Program-made: the position numbers and the translations under genes
Shown: piece after piece, positions 26,095-35,382 of the stretch
Layout: each line of letters begins with the position of its first letter
Numbering within the stretch: the first letter of the stretch is position 1
The notes under the pieces: generated by a model
Database searches by the model: none
What the model saw: the letters and a program-made list of their open reading frames with translations, nothing else
What the model was told of the DNA's origin: nothing
Source of the DNA: a virus
IMG/VR virus record: IMGVR_UViG_3300032523_001141
Span: 32,001-96,000 of that record
Length of the DNA stretch: 64,000 bases
Reading direction: 5' to 3' (one strand)

Positions 26095-28932
26095 TTATTC
26101 AATGATCATGTATCCGTCATTAATCGTCTTTGTTTCAGAGTTTTTAAATTTGGGTGTTTTGTAAACGTCTGCCAGGTCGCCGGAGCCTGAGTTCCTGTCT
26201 TTGTCTCTAAATCCAGCGCCAGTTGCCTCGACGATTGTGAACTCTTGTTGCCTAAAAATTGGCTCGTCAAATTTCTTTTTGCCTGGGAATGGCCACGACT
26301 CCACGCCGTTACCGTCCAGCACAGACTTTTCTTTCCACGTCCCTGTGTTCTGGCCGGCAATGCGCGCATACTGCTGCCAGCGATCCTCGAATAACTCAAA
26401 GTCAGAATCAACGCGATAATCTTTATCAGACCGAAACGAGAAGCCGGCAATATCGAGTACTGTGTCATTGCCGGCTTGTTTTTCGCCGTACCACCTGTTT
26501 TCAAGCTTGGACTCGTATTCTTTTCTCGCGTAGTCCGGCAGCTTATTGCGTACGTAATCTGTAATCTTATTTGCCGCTTCCTGCAGCGCTTGGTGGCACT
26601 CGTCCTTACACGGCGCGACGAACATATCGCGACCTGTTACGGTGCCGTACGAATACAAGAACTCAGGCGCCATTAGGCCGCCAGTAGCGTAAATATCGCC
26701 TTCCACATATGTCGTGCCGGCCAGAACGTTTTCCTTGCCCGTAAACAGATTTCCGATTTGCGGCTCGTCAATATCTGCGCGGCTAAAGAAGTGCGAAATT
26801 TGGCCGTCCTTACCAACGTAATGCCGAATGTTATTTGAAACTGTTATTATGTCCGTTTCGCCCTTACCGGCGTCGAGCGTAATTGTTCCGGGTTTAATCC
26901 GACTCTCACCGCCGCCAGACCGTAGGTACACGTTCTGCGATTGCGCTACGACGTTGGAGTCTGGCGCCCGCAATACGATACCGCCAAAAGAAACCTCGTC
27001 TCCAGTTTTCGGACTTGCGAAATCCATAGATTCCGTACTAGCGCGGCTTTCAATAAGCACACCGCCGTTTTTTGTCTGGTCATTACCGGCCAGAATCATC
27101 ACGTCTTTTTCGGCTTTTATACGTACGCTCTTCTCGGTGGTGGAGATATCAATTGCGCCGTGGGCTCGGTGTATGATGTCGCGACCGGCCCACACTTGCG
27201 CGTTTTTGCCGGGCTTAAGCCAGACATCGCCCGGGGCTGAGATAATAATGCTGCCGGCACACATGCGAATCTCGGCGCCATAGCCGTCGCCGATAACAAT
27301 AGCGCCGTCTTCCAGTAAAGAAATAAACGACTCAGATTGATAAAACTTTTGATTTTTGTACCGGTGATCAATGTCAATGTTTTGGTGCCCGGGCTCAATT
27401 AAATACATTGAGCCCTTAAGCTTTGTGTAATCTGGCACTTGGTGGTTGTACTGTGCGTGCTGAAGCTCGCTTTGCTCCCACGTTTTGTAGTCTTTGTAGT
27501 GCCAATGAAACGGATGCAACCCGACGTAGTTAAATAAGTAACCGTGCAAGTCTAAAATGCCTGCGGCGCGCTGCATGTTCGGTAGGGCGTCAGTGGCTTC
27601 AATATCGCCTGTGATTTTGTGTTCTGGCCCGTCGCCTTCTTTTCCGGCAAATTTATAGTTGTCCTTTGAGTCGCCGACGCCGTTTTCTGGGCGCCGCATA
27701 CGCGCGGGTACCGGCAGCAATAAACGCTTGGCCAACGTAATGCCCTTAGCCGACGCAATAAAACGCCGGCCGTCCATTGCCGTATTGTCTTCAGATAGCC
27801 CGATCGGCGGGGAGTCTTCTTGGAAGTCTTGTGTGGGCTTAGGACTTCCCGGATTAGCTGTAACTTTTTCCGTGATTTGCGCGTTAACTATTGTTGACTC
27901 GTACGGCGCCGGCGGCTCTCCGCCTTTTTCAAGCTTGTAGACCCACCACTCAAGATCTTTTGGCGGGGCTGAAACGACAGTTCGGCCGCCCTGTCCGTAA
28001 TAGCCGTAAAACTGCTGTGTTCTGTGAAAAGGCTGGAGATTTTCGTATTTGTTTTCCCAATGCGCGTAATACGGCCGGCCGCCTGAGACCGCAAACGTAT
28101 TGTGCTCATATTCCTGAATAATATCTTGTCCGGGATTCAGCGCGCCCATCGCCTCCCACGGATACGGCGAATAACCTTGCGTATCGTTATATTCTGCCTC
28201 GTCCATGAACGCGTCACGTTCGTGACCGGCAGTCCACGTTTGCATGTTGTAGCCGCTGACACGTAATAACTGATCGTGATAAAAACCAAACACCCCTGTA
28301 AACTCATTTACGGCCATCTGGACCATAAAATCGTCAAGTGTGACTTTCAGCCCGGTAGTCGTAATTGCGCCCCACTCGCCGGCCTGTGTACCGTCGAAAG
28401 GTTTCCAGCAGCTGTAATTAGCAAGCCCGCCGCTATCTACCATGTTAAGATAGCGTTTTTGAGCTTCGTCTACGCGGTTTCTGGAAGCTTGCGTAATCCA
28501 GTCGTGAACAGATTCTCGGCCGACTGTCGCTGGCTCGGGCACTACACCAAAAATAAGCCCGTGCGGTTGCGTATTGTGCCTGTAAGCCAGCACTAAGGTG
28601 CCGGGAACATAGGCTTTAATTTCTACAGCGCCGATAGACGTCTGACTGGTGCCGCCTATTTCAGTGCAGATAATCGGCATTGTCCCGCGCTCAAACTGCA
28701 CGCGGTAGCAATTAGCTAACGGTGTGCCGTCTACGATCTCGCCAATGAGCAGCTGGCCGTTGTTGCCAAAGCTTGTGGCGTACGAAGTGTAACGACTGCG
28801 CGGGTCGGCAGTTGGCGTTAAATTACTTTCGTGAGCTGTCGAGCCGCCTTTGCTGCCTGCTACAGTCTCTAAGCGGTGCTCGCGCTCACCAGAGCCCGGC
28901 AAAGGCTCTGCGCGATTTCGTCTATCGAGCAT
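26095..28932 (-). CDS. Central spike, gp5/gpV/VgrG-like protein
   Basis: N-terminal OB-fold-like GEIVD...YRVQ...PGTLVL; beta-helix-like GAEIRMCAGSIIISAPGDVWLKPGKNAQVWAGRDII. Confidence 0.65.
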   Translation of the reverse strand: MLDRRNRAEPLPGSGEREHRLETVAGSKGGSTAHESNLTPTADPRSRYTSYATSFGNNGQLLIGEIVDGTPLANCYRVQFERGTMPIICTEIGGTSQTSIGAVEIKAYVPGTLVLAYRHNTQPHGLIFGVVPEPATVGRESVHDWITQASRNRVDEAQKRYLNMVDSGGLANYSCWKPFDGTQAGEWGAITTTGLKVTLDDFMVQMAVNEFTGVFGFYHDQLLRVSGYNMQTWTAGHERDAFMDEAEYNDTQGYSPYPWEAMGALNPGQDIIQEYEHNTFAVSGGRPYYAHWENKYENLQPFHRTQQFYGYYGQGGRTVVSAPPKDLEWWVYKLEKGGEPPAPYESTIVNAQITEKVTANPGSPKPTQDFQEDSPPIGLSEDNTAMDGRRFIASAKGITLAKRLLLPVPARMRRPENGVGDSKDNYKFAGKEGDGPEHKITGDIEATDALPNMQRAAGILDLHGYLFNYVGLHPFHWHYKDYKTWEQSELQHAQYNHQVPDYTKLKGSMYLIEPGHQNIDIDHRYKNQKFYQSESFISLLEDGAIVIGDGYGAEIRMCAGSIIISAPGDVWLKPGKNAQVWAGRDIIHRAHGAIDISTTEKSVRIKAEKDVMILAGNDQTKNGGVLIESRASTESMDFASPKTGDEVSFGGIVLRAPDSNVVAQSQNVYLRSGGGESRIKPGTITLDAGKGETDIITVSNNIRHYVGKDGQISHFFSRADIDEPQIGNLFTGKENVLAGTTYVEGDIYATGGLMAPEFLYSYGTVTGRDMFVAPCKDECHQALQEAANKITDYVRNKLPDYARKEYESKLENRWYGEKQAGNDTVLDIAGFSFRSDKDYRVDSDFELFEDRWQQYARIAGQNTGTWKEKSVLDGNGVESWPFPGKKKFDEPIFRQQEFTIVEATGAGFRDKDRNSGSGDLADVYKTPKFKNSETKTINDGYMIIE

Positions 28933-28957
28933 TTTACAACCACTAGGGTCAGGTTAT

Positions 28958-29024
28958 GGGCCGAAGCCCCGGGCATTACTGCCCAATACCATAAGCGGCG
29001 GCTGCGTTTTAAGCAACCGCCGCT
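28958..29024 (-). other. Three-hairpin RNA element (12-bp stem, GUAA tetraloop, cUUCGg tetraloop)
   Basis: Minus strand: agcggcggttgc/gcagccgccgct, gggca-GTAA-tgccc, gggc-TTCG-gccc. Confidence 0.6.
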
Positions 29025-29061
29025 CTTGGTTTTATTAATTAACGCGTAATTGCTTTTGTAA

Positions 29062-29613
29062 TTAAATCGTCGCCCCGCCGCCGCCTCCAGCTGCAGTACC
29101 GGGGGTCATGCCTGCGGCTGTTTCTTCGTACTTCAGCTCAAGGAAGACCATCTGCACCGTCTCCATGATTATGATATCTTGTGCCGATACGCTACCGCCT
29201 AGCGCTGTGATCTTCGGGTATTTGAGGGTGTAGGTAATCGTTTTGCTGCCGGCGATCGCACCGCCACCGATAGCGCACCCGCCCTTAGCCTTAAGTATAA
29301 TATCTGCACCCGTCGCTGCGCACAAAGGCCCATAGTTATCGATAAACGCTTTAAACGTACCTGAGCCGCCTACGACGCGCTCAAACGTGGCCGTACCGCG
29401 GCGGCGGCCACCGATGTAATAGACGTTTTGTCCAGGGGAGTTCTCCGGGCTGATCTCATAAACAAAGTTGATCGGCCGCTCAATGTTAAATTGCACACGC
29501 TGTACAATGGCGCCGACAGTGCCGTTAAGGTCCAGCGTGCAATTTTCAGCGGTAAATGCGCCGCCAATTGTCTGGTCTTTGGTTTCAAAAATATTTGCTC
29601 TATGTGCTGGCAT
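29062..29613 (-). CDS. Tail tube protein
   Basis: 183 aa directly after sheath; VQRVQFNIERPINFVYEI...YYIGGRRRGTATFERVVG; SD GGAG. Confidence 0.75.
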   Translation of the reverse strand: MPAHRANIFETKDQTIGGAFTAENCTLDLNGTVGAIVQRVQFNIERPINFVYEISPENSPGQNVYYIGGRRRGTATFERVVGGSGTFKAFIDNYGPLCAATGADIILKAKGGCAIGGGAIAGSKTITYTLKYPKITALGGSVSAQDIIIMETVQMVFLELKYEETAAGMTPGTAAGGGGGATI

Positions 29614-29653
29614 GTTCTAGCTCCGTTGCTTTGTTGTTTGATTCGCCGTTAAA

Positions 29654-32542
29654 TTATACGACCAAGTGAAGTTCAATATTGTTCAACGGCGCGGGCACGA
29701 CCAAATCAAGCACGACTTCGATCCGGTCTTTGAGCAGTGGGTGAATACGCAGCACGCGGATTTCGCCGCTTATTAGCTGCGCGCCAAGCTCTGCTGTGTA
29801 ACCGCTTGTCGCGAGAAAATCGAGGATTTCGTTAACACGATTCAGGATGTAGTCAACCATTCCTGGCGTGGCGTTTGTGCGGCCGATGTACGGGCGCAGA
29901 CGACGCAGGAACAAGTACGCCAGCGAATCGACGTTACGCCGAATCATCTCTTCTCGGCGGTTGAGGTCAAGGTTATCGGTCGTGAGGCCGTGCCGCGTGA
30001 ACGGCGTGCCGTCTCGATCCTCCGTTACGATCCACACGCCAGCTTCGGCCATACGGTTAAGCTGCGTCTCGTTAAACATCTTGTACGAGCGCGTGTAGTC
30101 GTCAAAACCCGCAACTTCAACGTTTGTCATGCCTTGATGCGGTACAACACCGGACACAAGACCCCCGAGCGCGGCCGCCAGATAATATCCGGGCTGCAGG
30201 CGACCGGCGGAACCAACCTGATCAGGCCATATCGCGCAGATACGCCGACTGCCCCAAGCACCAGCTTGCGAGGCAATGTCGTCAGCCATCTCTGTGCGAC
30301 TCAGGTTGTGCCAAACTTCAACGCGCTCAGCTTCAGTCACCGGGGCTCCGGTACCTGTGTAAAGCAGCAGCGAGTTTTCAGAGAGCACCTCGTCAACAAC
30401 GTATTCGCTGTACGTTGTCTCGCCAAAACCGTTAACAGCAAAACCGTATCGCACGATGTCGCCCGGAACCACGCCGTTTGTAATAAAGTAGCTGTTGTTC
30501 TCTTCTACGAGGAGCAGCGTGAACTGGTCGCCGCTAGCACTGTCGTTATCGCTGACAGTTGCAAGCACTACGTCAGACACATTGCCGGAAACGCCGTCGA
30601 TGGCCGCGCCCTCGCCGACTACGAGCCTTGTCGAATTTGACTGAATGCCGAAGAACCCGGCCTTCCAGTTATTTGCAATCTCGTTCGACTCGTTATTGAT
30701 GTGCGCTGCGTATAACGACTGTACCTGCTTGTTGAACGTCATCGGCACGAGGTTATACAGATCGTCGCGACCCTTGAGCCGCTCAAGTACCTCGCCCCAG
30801 CTGTCCAGATCGTCAGGCTCGCATACGCCCGTGTACTTAACGGCTGTTCCGTTTGAGTTTGAGAGCGCCTTGAAAACGCCCCACTTTAGCGGGTTATCAG
30901 GGTCAAGCTGGCCGGGGATGACGTTAAGGTCGCCGACACTTGAAATAGACTCTACTGTGTCGCACAGATCAGCGACCCATTCGCGGTACTCAAGGTATAG
31001 CTGCCCGCGCGAAACAGGCAACGGCAGCGCTGTGCCGGCGTCCGTCCACTCGGGGTGGAACGCGGTCACGCCAGACTTAACAACAATCTGAGTAGCTTCC
31101 AGCTCGTAATTAACGCCCGAAGTCGTATTTAGCCGGTTCTCGGAAATTTGAATATCGTCTTTGATGAATAGGCTCATGTCCAGACTGGAAAGCTCCAGCA
31201 TATCGGCCGGGAGATTGTCGCGAAGGATAAGTTTGTTTACAGCGCCGGCCGTGCTGGCCACGACCGAAACGTACCACTTATCTCCCTTGACCATAGTCGT
31301 AACCGGCGATGTTCCGTCGATGTCGGCTACGAAAGCAACGCTTACGCCGTACTGACCTACCGGGAAGTAATTACCGGCAGCTGTGCCGGAGCTCGTTACC
31401 TCAAACGGGGCCGCGTAGTCGAGGCCCTTGGTCGTGCGGACGCTCACCTGCGGCGGCGTGTCGCCTTCGCCTGCGCCGGAGATGTAGCCGCCCTTTACGC
31501 ACTCTAAAATATACGTGTCGTTGTAATTGCCGGTGTAGTTACCACTGATGTTCGACTTTGCACGAACTTTCGTGAAGTCCTGCCGAATAGTGATGCTCCA
31601 CTTCTGCCCGATTACAAAGTTACTAGCAATGATGTCAGCGGCTGCGGCCGAGGCTATGCAACCAGGGCTCGATAGGGCGCTAAATGTAACTTTTAACCCA
31701 CGCGCGCCGATTACAATTTCGTCCCCGATGTTACCGGGGTTTAACTCGGCCACATCGTCAAGGCTGCTAGTCGAGCGCACGCGCATACGCGTACCTGTGC
31801 AACCAGCAACAGACGAATTAATTACTTCAATTGTGTACGTCTCGGTAAGAGCGCCGTCAACAAGGCCGTCATACTCGCTAACATCGATATCTAAAATGGC
31901 AACGCAATTAACTGGACCAGAGATTTGAGCGCTGTCCAGCACTTCGTTACCGCTCTCCGAATTAAAATCACTCTCGTTGCCGCTGTCCATTACTGCGGCG
32001 TTAATTACAGAGGCGACCGTCTCGCTGGCAAAACCGGCAACGCTTGTTTCCAAAATTTTCTCTACGCATGTCTCGCCGCTATCGACGACACCGCGAAGGC
32101 GGACCACGTCACCAATTTTTACATCGCGTTCGTAGAACGCTCCGCTCCGCTCGAATGTTCCGTTCGCCTTAAAATACAACGGCGAGCCGGCCTCATTTGC
32201 CTCGACAGCTTCGACCCAGTTACGCTTACCGGCGACCGCGCGAATAACTGTGTCAGCGCTGGCTGTGGTGTGTTCAAGGTAACGCAGCAGCGCGTTATCG
32301 GCGAACAGTTTAACGTAAGCGCTATCAACCTTGGAGCCAGCCCGACGCTGCGGGTAGGCGTAATTTGTATCAACGGCCGAATTGTAAGCGCCGAGGCCGG
32401 ACAGGGCCTTCTCAGACACATCTAAATAGCGATGCAGGATCGCATTCGGGCCGGAAATGTGTGCGCGCAGCGGTTCCGTGATTTCCGTCGGAACAATAGT
32501 GAATTCCTGAAAGACAAGAACCTGCGGTTTTACGTATGCCAT
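29654..32542 (-). CDS. Tail sheath protein (start likely MAYVKPQV)
   Basis: N-terminal YVKPQVLVFQEF; C-terminal EEMIRRNVD...DRIEVVLDLVVPAPLNNIELHLVV; SD GGAG before ATG 32542. Confidence 0.88.
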   Translation of the reverse strand: MAYVKPQVLVFQEFTIVPTEITEPLRAHISGPNAILHRYLDVSEKALSGLGAYNSAVDTNYAYPQRRAGSKVDSAYVKLFADNALLRYLEHTTASADTVIRAVAGKRNWVEAVEANEAGSPLYFKANGTFERSGAFYERDVKIGDVVRLRGVVDSGETCVEKILETSVAGFASETVASVINAAVMDSGNESDFNSESGNEVLDSAQISGPVNCVAILDIDVSEYDGLVDGALTETYTIEVINSSVAGCTGTRMRVRSTSSLDDVAELNPGNIGDEIVIGARGLKVTFSALSSPGCIASAAAADIIASNFVIGQKWSITIRQDFTKVRAKSNISGNYTGNYNDTYILECVKGGYISGAGEGDTPPQVSVRTTKGLDYAAPFEVTSSGTAAGNYFPVGQYGVSVAFVADIDGTSPVTTMVKGDKWYVSVVASTAGAVNKLILRDNLPADMLELSSLDMSLFIKDDIQISENRLNTTSGVNYELEATQIVVKSGVTAFHPEWTDAGTALPLPVSRGQLYLEYREWVADLCDTVESISSVGDLNVIPGQLDPDNPLKWGVFKALSNSNGTAVKYTGVCEPDDLDSWGEVLERLKGRDDLYNLVPMTFNKQVQSLYAAHINNESNEIANNWKAGFFGIQSNSTRLVVGEGAAIDGVSGNVSDVVLATVSDNDSASGDQFTLLLVEENNSYFITNGVVPGDIVRYGFAVNGFGETTYSEYVVDEVLSENSLLLYTGTGAPVTEAERVEVWHNLSRTEMADDIASQAGAWGSRRICAIWPDQVGSAGRLQPGYYLAAALGGLVSGVVPHQGMTNVEVAGFDDYTRSYKMFNETQLNRMAEAGVWIVTEDRDGTPFTRHGLTTDNLDLNRREEMIRRNVDSLAYLFLRRLRPYIGRTNATPGMVDYILNRVNEILDFLATSGYTAELGAQLISGEIRVLRIHPLLKDRIEVVLDLVVPAPLNNIELHLVV

Positions 32543-32648
32543 ATTAAAGCTCTCCATGCCGTAATGCTGTGGTCGGTGCTCTGGTAATCAGTATAAGTAA
32601 CCTGTTACTGCAAAAAAAGCACCTACACAAAGTTTATGAAGTTGGGTT

Positions 32649-33332
32649 CTAGCACGCAAACAATTCAGACGCCTTTAGGACAAACCGCTTAAGTCGCGGC
32701 GCAGCGGGCTGGAGTTCCCAAGACTCCTCGGCCACATATGCTACGGTAACAGGTACGGCATAGCCCTGTACCACCTCTTGCACCTCACCTATTCCGCCCA
32801 CTTCGCTAACAATAAAGCGCATAAACCCCATCTGCTCGCGAATCCATGGGCCGAAGTGCTGTAAAAATTTAACAACTTCAACTGTTAACAACTCGGCTTC
32901 TAGGCCAGTTAACGCTAAACAGTATAACGTATGACTACCCTCCCACAAACCATGATACTGACTAGAACCGCTAAAAACATTAGCGCCAGCCTGATCGCCT
33001 ATCCCGGTTCTTTTCCACGCCCAGCTGCCTCTTTTAATAAGGATAGCGGGACGGTTGTCGGCTTCGTTTGGGAGCCAGCGGGTAATACTTTCAATAATTA
33101 TGCTGCTGTTGCTCAGGCCGTTTTCGTCTTTAACCCACGGGCCCTCATCAATAAATTTCTGACGAAGCTGCGGCTCTTCTATGTTATTTGCGTCGGAGAA
33201 GTGCGCGATGAGCAGCTGGCGTAAAAGTCCAGTCACGACGTGCGGGCGCATGCCGTAAGAGCAGAGAGAACTTACGCGCGCAATGCGGTCTTCCGGGACA
33301 CGGTCAAGCGGGCAATTATCTTCGTCTGACAT
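32649..33332 (-). CDS. Tail terminator / neck protein
   Basis: RPAILIKRG motif; position upstream of sheath. Confidence 0.5.
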   Translation of the reverse strand: MSDEDNCPLDRVPEDRIARVSSLCSYGMRPHVVTGLLRQLLIAHFSDANNIEEPQLRQKFIDEGPWVKDENGLSNSSIIIESITRWLPNEADNRPAILIKRGSWAWKRTGIGDQAGANVFSGSSQYHGLWEGSHTLYCLALTGLEAELLTVEVVKFLQHFGPWIREQMGFMRFIVSEVGGIGEVQEVVQGYAVPVTVAYVAEESWELQPAAPRLKRFVLKASELFAC

Positions 33333-33501
33333 TTTGTAGGTAATTCTTTAAAAAATCGTCTGTTTGGGGCTCAAGGCGAATTTTAATTGGCTCGATAAGT
33401 TTTATTGGCTTATCCGCAAATTTTAACGGTTTATCCAATAGCCGAATAGTCTGCTGCAATTTTATTTTATCGTCGTTTGCGTCAGTCATTAAATTTCCCA
33501 A
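33316..33501 (-). CDS. Small hypothetical protein
   Basis: Fills the gap between neck genes with short overlaps. Confidence 0.45.
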   Translation of the reverse strand: MGNLMTDANDDKIKLQQTIRLLDKPLKFADKPIKLIEPIKIRLEPQTDDFLKNYLQNVRRR

Positions 33502-34724
33502 AAATTGTTAACTTTGCGTTTTGACGCCGATGACGACGAGGAGCTGCTAGCCGCAGTGGACGAAGAGCCGCTAGAAGAACTGCTAGACAAATGCGAAATA
33601 ACTAGTTCTTTTGTGTCAGGCCCGTACTCGTGATGCTTTTCATACAGCAATACGTGAGGGCCGTAGTTTAAATGCAGCGTTGAAGTCCAGTCGCCATTTG
33701 CGTCTGTAGTTGTGGCGGCTACGGCGAGGTTTCGGGGCGGGAATTGCGGTTCTGACTCGTCAAACGTTTCTTTTTCAAACGCAAACAAGTACGCGTCGGC
33801 GACGGGGTTGTCTTCAGCCGTGCGGTATCGCAGGTCGCCGCCGTTGTAGCTGGACGTTACCGCGACGCACCCGGTACCTAGAATCGGCACGTCTGGGTAA
33901 TCTGGCTCATCGTGCGCTAACTGTATTGTATACGCTATGTTGGCAAACGGGATTAAACCCATGATGACTTCATAAATAAGCGGCACACCACGAATAGCTG
34001 CAGCGACTTTTATGTCATCAATTCGCCACCGCTCGTCGGTTTTGTCGTTGATCCAAATATCGCGGTAATTTAATCCCGGGAAACCTATGACTCGCGCTGT
34101 GACAACTGGATTCTCGCGCGTAGAGCCGCGGAGCTTGTCGTCTGAATCTTCTTGAATAATTTGCGGGCTTAAATCCCAACACTGCATAGCAAGCGGTGGA
34201 TGATAACCACCCTCGTAATTTGTGCCGTAGCAGAGCGGGCAGTCGCCATTGGACGCTTCTTGCGTTAGGGTTTCGCGGCATCTTGAGCAGGGCGTGCCAT
34301 AACGCAGGATCTTAAGCAGATAGCCGCTTGTCGATACTTTCTGATGCCGCAACGTTTCTTTGCGAATAATCTCGCGCGCGGTAACCCAGTCGTGTTCCGC
34401 TAATTCTCCCCAGCAAGACGCCGGAGCTGAAACGTACTCCCCAGTCGCTGTTGTTAAAATTACGCGATAATGACTAATAATTAAATCGCCGGCGTCGCGG
34501 CGTTTTGCGTCAGTAGCGTAAACGACGTTAGTTACCGGCGCGCCTACTGTACGCCAGTTATGCGCGTCAGGCAGCCCGGTGTCGCTGGTCTGCAATTGAA
34601 ATACGTACGGGCCCGGGTCATTAAAACTGGGCTCAAGCTGCCACCAAACGCGCGTAACGCCCCGGATCATGTGATCTACGGAAACGCGCCTAAACGGGTA
34701 AGACTTTTGCAGCGACATAGGCAT
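33489..34724 (-). CDS. Neck / head-closure protein with Zn-finger insert and Ser-rich tail
   Basis: CSRCRE...CPLCYGTNYEGGY; DIWIN...ERWRI beta-barrel-like motif; position after adaptor. Confidence 0.55.
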   Translation of the reverse strand: MPMSLQKSYPFRRVSVDHMIRGVTRVWWQLEPSFNDPGPYVFQLQTSDTGLPDAHNWRTVGAPVTNVVYATDAKRRDAGDLIISHYRVILTTATGEYVSAPASCWGELAEHDWVTAREIIRKETLRHQKVSTSGYLLKILRYGTPCSRCRETLTQEASNGDCPLCYGTNYEGGYHPPLAMQCWDLSPQIIQEDSDDKLRGSTRENPVVTARVIGFPGLNYRDIWINDKTDERWRIDDIKVAAAIRGVPLIYEVIMGLIPFANIAYTIQLAHDEPDYPDVPILGTGCVAVTSSYNGGDLRYRTAEDNPVADAYLFAFEKETFDESEPQFPPRNLAVAATTTDANGDWTSTLHLNYGPHVLLYEKHHEYGPDTKELVISHLSSSSSSGSSSTAASSSSSSSASKRKVNNFWEI

Positions 34725-34769
34725 TACCGGCGCAAGCAGTAAAACGTTATTATGACCGCGCTGATAGCT

Positions 34770-34809
34770 AAAAAAAAGGGGTTGCGGTCTTGGACTACCG
34801 GAAACCCCT
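34770..34809 (-). terminator. Intrinsic terminator
   Basis: Minus strand ggggtttccggt...accgcaacccc followed by T8. Confidence 0.75.
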
Positions 34810-34835
34810 AAGATAACATAGCCGAACGAGCAAGA

Positions 34836-35192
34836 TCAGCAGCCGGCCGGTTGAAGCACTCGGCCGGATACGACGCGAGTACCCGGCTTTCGGCCGGTGT
34901 TCTTGATCTCCACAGCGACGCCGAGACTAATCAAGCGATTTGCCTTATGTGGCTTGAAGATATAGTTATTTCCGATTATTCGGTCGGGAAGGAACGGATT
35001 ACGGTCCAACCCTCGGTTACCGTGCGGATGCGCGTCCAGAAACTTTTCCGCAACCTTTTGCCGCAGCGTGTAAAAACGAATCGCCGTCAGTGGCCGAAGG
35101 CCCTGCAGCTCACGACCAAAATTAATACGGGCCCGAATTTCGCGCATCGTAATCGCGCACTCACACAACCAAGGCATGGCGCTCTTTGCCAT
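34836..35192 (-). CDS. Small basic protein, possible nucleic-acid binder
   Basis: SD AGGAG before ATG, own downstream terminator, Arg/Lys-rich. Confidence 0.7.
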   Translation of the reverse strand: MAKSAMPWLCECAITMREIRARINFGRELQGLRPLTAIRFYTLRQKVAEKFLDAHPHGNRGLDRNPFLPDRIIGNNYIFKPHKANRLISLGVAVEIKNTGRKPGTRVVSGRVLQPAGC

Positions 35193-35288
35193 TGTCAGCT
35201 CCTGTCGGCCTTGAACATGCAGTTATTACGCATAACCGCTCCTTAGGTAAACCGACGCCATAAATTTAGCGCCGGCTTGTCTTGCCGC

Positions 35289-35377
35289 TTGGCGCGCAAA
35301 AAAAAACGCGCCAAAAAACGACATACGCTAACGCAAAATGATAGCTATTTAATATGCCGCTTTTTTGCGCGTTTTTT
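35289..35377 (-). terminator. Long hairpin with U-tract and an alternative fold (terminator/attenuator-like)
   Basis: 25-position stem (35301-35325 with 35353-35377; 2 G-U, 1 mismatch); competing 8-bp hairpin 35289-35314. Confidence 0.55.
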
Positions 35378-35382
35378 AGCTG

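Noticed and set aside
14338-32542. Tailocin / eCIS / T6SS locus
   Set aside because: Linked capsid, prohead protease and neck genes indicate a complete phage
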